Assembly: GCA_030390025.1 (NCBI GenBank)
Contig: JASTWF010000354.1
Coordinates: forward strand, 310,001-374,000
Direction of reading: 5' to 3'
DNA length: 64,000 nucleotides
Source: Squalus acanthias
Lineage: Eukaryota
Positions 24,004 to 34,361 of this stretch are shown here, one piece after another; the first letter of the stretch is position 1, and each line of letters begins with the position of its first letter. The notes beneath the pieces were generated by a model. The model did no database searches. It was given only the letters and a program-made list of their open reading frames with translations, and was not told the origin of the DNA. The position numbers and the translations under genes are program-made.

Positions 24004-24632
24004 CTCGCCCTCCCTATCTCTGTAACCCCTCCCGCCCTACACCCCTCCCTATCCCTGTAACCCCTCCCACCCTACACCCCTCCCTATCTCTGTAACCCCC
24101 TCCCACCCTACACCCCTCCCTATCCCTGTAACCCCTCCCACCCTACACCCCTCCCTATCTCTGTAACCCCTCCCACCCTACACCCCTCCCTATCTCTGTA
24201 ACCCCCTCCAGCCCTACACCCCTCCCTATCTCTGTAACCCCCTCCCACCCTACACCCCTCCCTATCTCTGTAACCCCTCCCACCCTACACCCCTCCCTAT
24301 CTCTGTAACCTCCTCCAGCCCTACACCCCTCCGAGATCTCTGCGCTCCTCCAATTCTGGCCTCTTGTCTATCCCCGATTTTAATCGCTCCACCATTGGCG
24401 GCCGTGCCTTCAGCTGCCTGGGCCCCAAGCTCTGGAATTCCCTCTCCACCTCTCCGCCTCTCTCTCCTCCTTTAAGACGCTCCTTAAAACCTCCCTCTTT
24501 GACCAAGCTTTTGGTCACCTGTCCTAATATCTCCTTATGGGACACGGTGTCAGTTTGTGTTTGATTTACGCTCCTGTGAGGCCCTTGGGAGGTTTTGCTA
24601 GTTAAAGGCGCTATATAAATGCAGGTTGTAGT
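24004..24632 (+). mobile_element. L2-type 3' end with ~35-bp minisatellite (24004-24330)
   Basis: Unit CCCTACACCCCTCCCTATCTCTGTAACCCCTCCCA; STIGGRAFSCLGPKLWNSL; tail GGCGCTATATAAATGC. Confidence 0.87.
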
Positions 24633-25549
24633 TTTGCTTTCACTGGGACTCAGTCAGTTGGATGTCAATCCCAGAAAGACAACCTGTGGCCACCTGCCAT
24701 CATTAGCCGCTCGCTAACCAATCGGCACAGAGCCTTTAATGAGCATGTGCGATGGAGCAGAAGGAAAGAAGAGGCTTGAGATAAGGAGCAGAGGCCGGCA
24801 GCAGGTTAGACAGGAAGCTCCTCCCACTCCTCACACACCCAGCCTGACTCTCCACACACCTGGAATTATTCACTGCAGCCCAAGAAAAGATTGATCAATA
24901 AAAGCCCGGCTCAAGGTCCTGTGGTGAAGCCTGAGAATGAGAGGGAGCGAGAGCCAGCGACTGTGGACACAGGGACTTGTGTCACATTCACTCTGGGCTC
25001 TGAGAAACTCCCAAACACAAAGCTCCTCCTGACCTCCAGCCCTTCCGTCTGGTGAAGGGTCCTGGGGAACAGCCTTTACTGTCCTGCAGCCCATCCCCGT
25101 TCCCTCTCTCTCTCTCTCTCTCCGTTACTGAAAGATCCCCTGAGGGGAAACGAGGAGAGCTCGGGATCTGAGACAGAGCGACTGGGAAACAGCAGCAGGA
25201 GATCAGACTGCTCCAGAACTAAAGCCCAGGAACCCCATTCAGTGAGAGTGAGTCTCCCCGCCTCCCTCTCACTCTCTCTCTCTCTCTCTCTCTATCTCAC
25301 TCTCTCTCTGTCTCTGTCTCTGTCTCTATTTCTCTTTCTCTCCTGTGAATTTGGGGAATCTGATGGTGGGACTATCCCGGTCAGAGAGCATCGTCTCACC
25401 TCCCCGTTACACCCAGTGGGAATGTTGGAAAGAAAATAGATTGAAAGCCTTGCATTTCTACCTTTCCCCACCTCAGGATTTCCCAAAGTGCTTTACAGCA
25501 GAAGGGTGCGGTAGCACAGTGGATCTGTTACTGAACTAGAAATCCAGAG

Positions 25550-26210
25550 AGGAGACCAAACGCAGATTGGGTGACCGCTTTGCGGAACAGCTCCGTTCAG
25601 TCCGTAAGGGGGACCCTGAGCTCCCGGTGGCCTGTCACTTTAATTCTCCGCTTCACTCCCACTCTGACCTCACCGTCCTCGGCCTCTTGCATTGTTCCAC
25701 GGAAGCTCAGCGTAAGCTTGAGGAACAGCACCTCATCTTTCGATTAGGCACTTTACAGCCTTCTGGACTCAACATCGAGTTCAACAATTTTAGATCATAA
25801 CCCCGGCCCCTATCACATTTATATTTTTTTATTTTATTTTTTCATCCACCCTTTTGTTTGGCCTTTTTTATCCATCCCAGAAGCTGGCAGCTGTCCTTCA
25901 TTCCGCCAGCGCATCTCACACTTCATCTAGCCTCAACCTGTCACATTACCACCTCCTCTTGCCTTGATTATCTCTTAATGTCTCTCAATGTCTCTTGTTC
26001 TCTCCTGCTTTCTATCCCACCACTGACCTTGCCTTTTGTTCTTTCATTCCCTCCCCCTTTTTCCAGCCGTATACTTGCTTTAAATCTATTTCATTTCCTG
26101 CTTTTTTCCAGTTCTGACGAAAGGTCTTCGACCTGAAACGTTAACTCTGTTTCTCTCTCCACGGATGCTGCCTGGCCTGCTGAGTTTTTCCAGAGTTTTC
26201 TGTTGTAATT
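25550..26210 (+). mobile_element. Penelope-like element 3' fragment
   Basis: GDRFAEQLRSV...PVACHFNS...LEEQHLIFRLGTLQPSGLNIEF; 13-bp TSD TAG(A/T)AATCCAGAG at 25537-25549 and 26211-26223. Confidence 0.88.
26110..26146 (+). ncRNA. Minimal type-I hammerhead ribozyme-like motif in Penelope pseudo-LTR
   Basis: AGTT-CTGACGA-A-AGGTC TTC GACCT-GAAAC-GTT-AACT: CUGANGA and GAAA cores, stem II, stem I AGTT/AACT, palindromic AACGTT in place of helix III. Confidence 0.65.
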
Positions 26211-26365
26211 TAGTAATCCAGAGATCTGGACTAATGATCAAGAGACGCAAGTTCAAATCCCACCACGGCAGCTGGGGAATTTAAATTTTGTCAATTAAAT
26301 CAATCTGTAGTATCAGCATTGATGATGATTATTGCAGAAAATCCATCTGGTTCACTAATGTGGTA

Positions 26366-27492
26366 ATTGAAGCTCATGGAATAGGTGGGTCAGTGGCAGC
26401 TTGGATAAGGAATTGGCTTAAGGACAGAAAACAGCGAGTTGTGGTAAATGGCTGTTTTTCAGACTGGAGGATGGTAGACAGTGGTGTTCCCCAAGGGTCA
26501 GTGCTGGGGCCACTGCTTTTTTTGATATATATAAATGACCTGGATATTGGAATACAGAGTAGAATTTCTAAATTTGCCGATGACACCAAACTTGGGGTTG
26601 TGGCAAATGGTGATGATGATACCAATCGACTGCAGCAGGACATAGAAAGGTTAGCAGAATGGACAGACAAGTGGCAGATGGAATTTAATACAGACAAGTG
26701 TGAGGTGATGCATTTTGGCAGAAGGAACAGGGAAAGGCAATATACACTTAATGGCACAGTTTTAAAGAGTGTGCAGGGACAGAGGGACCTGGGAGTTAAT
26801 GTGCATAGGTCCCTGAAGGTGGCAGGACATATTGAGAGAGTGGTTAGCAAAGCATATGGGATCTTGTGCTTCATAAATAGATGTATTGAGTACAAAAGTA
26901 AAGAAGTTATGCTGAATCTTTATAAAGCGAAGGTTAGGCCACAACTGGAGTATTTCATCTAGTTCTGGTCACCACACTTTAGGAAGGATGTGAAGGCCCT
27001 TGAGAGGGTGCAGAGGAGATTTACCAGAATGGTTCCGGGGATGGGGGATCTTAGCTACAAGGACAGGTTGGAGAAGCTGGATTTGTTTTCATTAGAGCAA
27101 AGGAGGTTGAAGGGTGATTTGATAGAGATGTACTAGATTATGACGGGTTTGGATAGGCTAGACGGGGAAAGGCTGTTCCCACTAGTTGATGGTACAAGGA
27201 CTAGGGGACACAGATTTAAGGTTTTGGGCAAGAGATACAGGGGGGGGGATGTAAGGAAAAACTTTTTTACGCAGCGAGTGGTGAGGACCTGGTACTCGCT
27301 GCCGACGGAAGTGGTGGAAGCGGAGACACTCAATGTTTTCAAGGGGAGACTGGATAGGCGCTTGAGGGAAATAATCTTGCAGGGCTACGGGGATAGAGCG
27401 GGGGAATGGGACTGACAGGATTGCTCCACAGAGAGCCGGCACGGACTCGATGGGCCGAATGGCCTCCTTCTGTGCCGTTTTGACTCTATGAC
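26366..27492 (+). mobile_element. 5'-truncated CR1 (RT to 3'UTR)
   Basis: GVPQGSVLGP, FADD, FFTQRVV motifs; in-frame stops; CR1 3'UTR. Confidence 0.92.
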
Positions 27493-27679
27493 TCGATGTC
27501 CTCCTGTTGTCCTTACCCGGTCTGGCCAGGTAAAGACAACATGACTCCAGACCCACAGCAATGTGTTTGACTCTTAACTGCTCTCTGACATGGCGGCTCA
27601 CCATCTAGCAACTAGGGACGGGCAATAAATGCTGGCCTTCTCAGTGATGCCCACATCCCAGGAACAAATAAATAAAACA

Positions 27680-29285
27680 CAGCCAATGAAGTATTGTGAA
27701 GTGTAGTCACTGTTGAAATGTAGGAAACATGGCAGCCAATTTGTGCACAGAAAGCTCCCAAAAACAGCAATGAAATAACTAGCCAAATAATCTGTTTTAG
27801 TGATGTTGGTTGAGCGATAACTACCCTGCTTTTCTTCGAAGAATGCCGTGGGATTTTTAAATCTACCTGAGAGAAGAACTGCACCTCCGACAGTGCGGCG
27901 CTCCCTCAGTACTGGCCCTCTGACAGTGCAGCGCTCCCTCAGTACTGCCCCTCCGACAGTGCAGCGCTCCCTCAATACTGCACCTCCGACAGTACAGCGC
28001 TCCCTCAGTACTGCCCCTCCGACAGTGCAGCACTCCCTCAGTACTGCCCCTCCGACAGTGCAGCGCTCCCTCAGTACTGCCCCTCCGACAGTGCAGCGCT
28101 CCCTCAGTACTGCCCCTCCGACAGTGCAGCGCTCCCTCATTACTGCCCCTCCGACAGTGCAGCGCTCCCTCATTACTGCCCCTCCGACAGTGCAGCGCTC
28201 CCTCAATACTGCCCCTCCAACATTGCAGCACTCCCTCAGTACTGCCCCTCCGACAGTGCAGCGCTCCCTCAGTACTGCCCCTCTGACAGTGCAGAGCTCC
28301 CTCAGTACTGCCCCTCCGACAGTGCTGTGCTTCCTCAGTACTGCCCCTCCGACAGTGCAGCACTCCCTCAGTAATGCCCCTCCGACAGTGCAGCGCTCCC
28401 TCAGTACTGCCCCTGGGACAGTGCAGCACTCCCTCAGTAATGCCCCTCCGACAGTGCAGCGCTCCCTCAGTACTGCCCCTCCGACAGTGCAGCACTCCCT
28501 CAGTAATGCCCCTTCGACAGTGCGGCGCTCCCTCAGTTCTGCTCCTCCGACAGTGCAGTACTCCCTCAGTACTGCCCCTCTGACAGTGCAGCACTTCCTC
28601 AGTACTGCCCCTCCGACAGTGCAGCGCTTCCTCAGTACTGCCCCTCCGACAGTGCAGCGCTCCCTCAGTACTGCCCCTCCGACAGTGCAGCGCTCCCTCA
28701 TTACTGCCCCTCCGACAGTGCAGCGCTCCCTCAATACTGCCCCTCCAACATTGCAGCACTCCCTCAGTACTGCCCCTCCGACAGTGCAGCGCTCCCTCAG
28801 TACTGCCCCTCTGACAGTGCAGAGCTCCCTCAGTACTGCCCCTCCGACAGTGCTGTGCTTCCTCAGTACTGCCCCTCCGACAGTGCAGCACTCCCTCAGT
28901 ACTGCCCCCCCGACAGTGCAGCACTCCCTCAGTAATGCCCCTCCGACAGTGCAGCGCTCCCTCAGTACTGCCCCTCTGACAGTGCAGCACTCCCTCAGTA
29001 ATGCCCCTTCGACAGTGCGGCGCTCCCTCAGTTCTGCCCCTCCGACAGTGCAGTACTCCCTCAGTACTGCCCCTCTGACAGTGCAGCACTCCCTCAGTAC
29101 TGCCCCTCCGACAGTGCAGCGCTCCCTCAGTACTGCCCCTCCGACAGTGCAACGCTCCCTCAGTACTCTGACAGTGCAGCACTCCCTTGATTGTCAGCCT
29201 GGATTATGGACTCAAGTATCTGGGGCGGGACTTGAACCCACGACTTTCTAACCCAGAGTCGAGAATGCTGCCCACTGAAACATGG
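27680..29285 (-). mobile_element. Deu-SINE (minus) with 33-bp array (~40 units, 27876-29185)
   Basis: tRNA-like head at ~29225-29285, Deu core at 27680-27875, same unit as the other arrays. Confidence 0.83.
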
Positions 29286-29796
29286 GTGATGACACCAACC
29301 TCTAAATGATGAGTTAGAAAGTACACCAGGGTAGGTGGGTAATTGTACTCACCAAGATGAGGGGGCTGGAACACTAACGTTTATTAAGGGAGGGAATCCC
29401 TTACCCCGGTGGCCACCAGGAAACGTTCATCTGTGTTTGATCCACAAACTGTAAAGGTGATTTGATGAGATTTACAAACAAGGCCTGTATTGTGAGCCCG
29501 GGGACAGGGGGTTTAAACCCTGCTCTCTGCCCCTCAGCCAGTCTGTCTCTCCTTTCACTGCTGCTGCTTCTGTTCAGTGATTGTGTGCGTGTCTGTCCTT
29601 CTCCTGGGAAATCTCACAGCCACTGCCCGACCTCCACACTCTCTCTTCTTGCGAGTCTCCTTGCTGGCACCTTGAAAGGACGGAGAGAGACGAATGTCTG
29701 CAGCCTGTCTGTGAGCTGGGGCCCGGGCGATAGCAGTGCCAGTGATGGATTGAGTGACGGCCAGTTCCTGGTGTCGTTCTCACTGATCTTCGGGGA

Positions 29797-30522
29797 AACA
29801 TAGAAACATAGAAGATAGGAGCAGGAGCAGGCCATTTGGCCCCTCGAGCCTGTTCCACCATTTAATGAGATCATGGCTGATCATCCAAATTCAGTACCCT
29901 GTCCCTGCAATAATCGTGGACTTTAATCTTCATATAGACTAGGCAAACCAAATTGGCAAAAGTAGCTTGGAGGACCAGTTCATGGAACCTACCAGGGAAC
30001 ATGTTATTTTAGATCCAGTATTGTGTAATGAGACAGGGTTAATTAGTAATATTACAGTAAAGCATCCTCGGGGAAGTGTGATCACATTATGATAGAATTT
30101 CATATTAAGTTTGAAAGTGATGCAGTTATGTAAAAAACTAATGAATTGAATTTAAACCAAGCCAATTACGAAGGTATGAGGGTGAGTTGGCAGAGGTAGA
30201 TTGTGAAACTAGATTAACAGATATGACAGTCGATAAGTAATGGCAAACTTGTAAAGAAATAATTCATAATTCTCAACAAATATACATTCCCTTGAGGAAC
30301 AAAAGCTCCACTGGAAAAGTGGTACAACCACGGCTAACTCGAGAAGTTAAGGATAGAATTAGATTAGAGGAAGAGTCTTATAATGTTGCCAATAATTGTA
30401 GTAAGCCTGAGGATTGGGAGGTTTTGAAAAATCAGCAAAGGATGACCAAGAAATTGATAAAGAGGGAGAAAATAGAATGAGTGTAAACTAGCAAGAAATA
30501 TAGAAACAGATTGGAAGAGCTT
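29797..30522. mobile_element. CR1 3' end (minus) joined to a CR1 endonuclease-region fragment (plus)
   Basis: CATAGAAACATAGAAG tail at 29799; GACTTTAATCTTCATATAGACT (DFNLHID) from ~29920. Confidence 0.7.
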
Positions 30523-32115
30523 TTTAAAATTCATTCTGGGAACGTGGACGTCGCTGGCAAGGCCGGCATTTATTGCCCATCCCGAGTTGCCCTGAGAAGG
30601 TGGGGGTGGGACTTCTTCTTGAACCGCTGGGAGCTGGTTTGATACAAACTGAGTGTCTCGCTCGGCCACTTCAGAGGGCAGTTAAGAGTCAACCAGGTTG
30701 GTGTGGGACTGGAGTCACATATAGGCTTCCTTCCCTGTAAGGGGTATCTTAATTGCTCCCACACCCCTCTGGTTCCTAGACTTTGGACTTATTTAGGGGT
30801 TGTGAAAAAAAATTGCAGTAAACAGGTTCTGATGAAAGAATTTTACTTTATTAAAAGAAAAAGGTAACAAACTTGAAACACACTTATTACTTAAACACAG
30901 ATTTGGGGAGCACATGGTACAAGCGAGGGAAATGACAATATATCAAACAAAACCTTATCCCTCCCAAAGATCCCACTATCTGGCTAGGTTTTTGGTTTCA
31001 GGAGATCAGGGATAATGCTCACCAACGAATCCTTGACAGGATTTTAGAGTCTTTTGTTTAAAAAGACTCCGTAAGGCCCTTGTTGCTGCGAGGTGTCTGA
31101 TGATCACTGAGGCAGTCGCTCTGGTTTCTTCTTGCGCGCTGGTCTTCTGGCCTTCTTCCTCGTGGCTTGTGGTAGGTTTTGCTGGAGCAGGGAGAGAGAG
31201 AGCTGTGTCTGCGTCATCAGCCAGTCCGAAAGAGAGAGAGATTATGGCACAGGCTTTCAAATTATACTGTTTCTTTTTCGTGCCCAAACGGATTACTAAA
31301 ACGGAATTCCTTTTGGTTGCAAATGAACCTTGCTTAGTCCAATTGTCTAGTTTTGGCGGGCTTGCCAGTTCCGATGGCTTTTGCTCAGTGTTAAACATGT
31401 CTTGATCGTTTTCCGATTTAAACACAGCCTTATCTACGCGCCAAATCTCCACCCTATTGTACTAGGTCTGTTGGCGGGCTTTTAAATCTGTTCTGTGGAT
31501 ACCTGGTTGATTGTTTTTTTTGATGGGATAATGGCTATGAAACTGTATGATCGAAGTTTTATTGTCATGAATCGTTTTTAGATTTCCAGCCTCTTGTTTG
31601 CCCCTGGGGATTCATATTTGAATGTGTTTGTGAGTTTTTGTTTTGTCTCTTGCACCTCGTTAGGATTCGCAGTGTAAACAATTCCCAGACAGCTTGATCT
31701 GTTCACTGCCCGGCCACGACCCTCGCAGCTTGTGTCTGTGAAAGGTGAATCTCCCAACAGTAAGATTCAAAAAAAGGTCAGTTTCCTCAGGTTTTTTCTT
31801 CCCTCATCTTTAGGTTTTTACAGCAAATCACTTCACTTAGGCCCCATCATCCCAAGTTTGTATGAAAAGTCCAAAAATCACTCCCTTTAGGACTCTGTTT
31901 GAGTTTCTGGGGGATTTTGCGAAGCCGACATCCCTGAAGGACATAGTGAACCAGTTGGGTTTTTACGACAATCCGACAGCTTCATGGTCACTTTTACTGA
32001 TCCCAGATTTTTATTTCCAGTTTTAACTGAATTCAAATTCTGATCCTTCCCCGGGTGGGATTTGAGCTCACAGTCCCTGGATTATCAGTCCAGTAACATT
32101 AACCCCTACACCACC
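30523..32115 (-). mobile_element. tRNA-SINE (same family as 25502-27677) interrupted by a solo LTR
   Basis: Tail at 30523-30600, head at ~32050-32115; sequence is continuous across the LTR once one TCCC is removed. Confidence 0.7.
30736..31930 (-). mobile_element. Solo LTR, 1195 bp
   Basis: TG...CA termini, 4-bp TSD TCCC (30732-30735 and 31931-31934), minus-strand AATAAA at 30847-30852. Confidence 0.8.
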
Positions 32116-32993
32116 CAACCCTGATTATTCTGCACCTCTTCTGATTTAACCCAGAATTCCATGAGCTGTTTTCTCAGCCTTATCCCCTGAGGTGCTGCCT
32201 TTAATGAGCTGTGACCCTGTCCCCCAAATCCCTCTGCTCCCCCCGGCCCCGAGCCCACTCCCATTCCGAGAGGGGAAGGTGGCCAGTCTGAAGCTGGGCT
32301 CTGGGGCAGGGAACGAGGAGCTGTATTGAGACAGCAGCTTTCCTGTAGTGAAGCTCTCCAGCCCAGTCTCAATGCTGTGAAATCTCCCTCAGAGAGCAGG
32401 CCAGGATATATCATTCTGTCCCCCAGATCAGCGAGATTTACACCCGAAAATACTTCATTATCTGTAAATCGCTTTGGGATGTCCTGAGGATGTGAAAGGC
32501 GCTATAGAAATACAAGTCTGTCTTTGATTACAATTCCTTCCTGTGACCTTTTGAGTTCAGGACAGTTTCTGCCTTTCATTAATGTTTAAACATTATGAAT
32601 TATTCTTTGAAGATGTTGAATTGAAGAGCCCTGAACCTTTTAGCAGTGAGTCAGATGTCAATTCTCTGGTTACACAGCGTTGAAGGGACTTTGTGTGGGT
32701 GTTTATTTCTGAGATTCATTGCGAGCGACCCACAGTTTGTGTCTGCAGACTCCCAAAGCCCAGACCCTTGTGCTGAGAGGGAGCTGTTTCATTAGGAACA
32801 GTTAATGAGCAAGTATTGGAGGAAAGGGCAGGGAGCAGCAGCCCATCGCCCAGTCCCGCTGGGTGGGGAGACTGCAGGCATACTCTGCCTGCGCCTCACT
32901 CTTGCTCAATATAAAGCTGCTGTGTGAGTGGAGAATAGAAAATATGCTGCAATAATCAGCGTTAGATGGCCTTCCAGTGCGGGCCCTCCATGG

Positions 32994-33805
32994 TGTTAGA
33001 TTCGAATTTGGAGAAACTCTAGACGGAGACGGAATTGAGGACAAGGTCAGAATTTATTAAAATAAAAAAAAGACTTGTGCACAAGGGAGAGCCACTCAGC
33101 TTCCTCAAGCTAGGGGCGCACTCTCTGAGGAACAAGTAACGGTTCATTCAAGTTATACATTTCTATAAGCACCGCCCACTTACTACAGAATGGGGCGTAC
33201 ACGTACAAACAGTGTCACTACAGTTACTCTCTATTGGTTATATGGTTAGTCACTCAACTGTCGGGCCCTCCCCTTGAACCCTGACCATGCCAGTCACAGA
33301 TGTTGGTTGCCTAATCCTACTCCCCAAATTCTTGCTGTTATCTCTTCCTTTGCGGGCATAGTTTATAGTTTGAGAAAACATATTTTATCCCTGGCTGTCG
33401 GACAGAGCGGGGTGGCTCAAGGCCGTAATGGCTTGGATGCTCAGTGACTGGAACCGTGTTGGTCATTAATTGCTCCCTTATCTCTTGGGCGACCAGGTTC
33501 GAATAGTAGATGTACCCACCGTGCCTGGAACTGTGTTGGTTGTTAATTGCTCCCTTATCTCTTGGGAGGCCAGGCTGTGCTTTGACAATGGCTCTACTGA
33601 GGCTGTGAATACATATATCCCAAGGTTTGATAAGGGGAGGGAGGCACCTTCCAGTCTACAAATATGCCTTAATTAGCTAAACCTACTATCCAAAATAAGT
33701 AGAGGGTAATGTAGTCAAGTATCCCAGCATTCTTTGGGAACAAGCAGGATCCTTCAGTAGTAGTCAAGTATCCCAGAGTTCTTTGGGAATAAGCTGGATC
33801 CTTCA
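32994..33805 (-). mobile_element. Solo LTR, 812 bp (ERV-like)
   Basis: TG...CA termini, 4-bp TSD ATGG (32990-32993 and 33806-33809); on the minus strand CCAAT 33233-33237, GC box 33172-33177, TATA-like ~33153-33168, AATAAA 33053-33058. Confidence 0.8.
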
Positions 33806-34361
33806 ATGGTCAATGATTGCTCTTCTAATCAACACTCCCGGAGATTTCCAGTGGGTCAGGAGAGCGAGAGGTGAGGACACAACATTCTACAGCTCAGCAC
33901 TCTCACTGGTCCCACTGCCTCGTTTCAGCAAATCATTCCAGGCCTTAATAGTCGGCAATTTGGGATTTCTCTCTGGGAATGAGGCGGTGGGAAGGTCATG
34001 AAGCTCCGTGTTTCCCATTTCTCCATTGTGTGATAAAGCGGCAATATTACTGAATAAGGAGAAGTCCTAATTGGCATTGTATCCAGAGCCCATCTTGTGG
34101 GCTTAGATTTCAGAGATTGTTTGCAGAATTCCTTTACCAAAGGACTGGTTTCAAATCCACCCGAAGAGTCTATCAGGCGGCATAAGAACATCACTGACTG
34201 ATTAATATCTTCAGACATTTCTGTCTCCGCTTCTCCTTGTGTGAGCTCAAACTCATTTATACCCGCGGACAAACAGCTCACACACAATCGCTTTGTTCAC
34301 GGATCAAACTTCTGTCCGTTGTCTGTCTTTGTGGTATTGGGTGCAATGCTCGATATGGCCG

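Larger units (their letters stand above)
25502..27677 (+). mobile_element. tRNA-derived SINE with CR1-like tail, split by Penelope and CR1 insertions
   Basis: Head GGTAGCACAGTGG (25510) with box B GTTCAAATCCC (26251); tail GGGCAATAAATGCTGGCC...GCCCACATCCC shared with 9245-9305. Confidence 0.65.

Noticed and set aside
31006..31452. 148-aa ORF inside the solo LTR as a viral accessory gene
   Set aside because: Non-ATG start and no recognisable motif; cannot be supported
33925..34287. 120-aa ORF in unique sequence
   Set aside because: No recognisable domain or splice support
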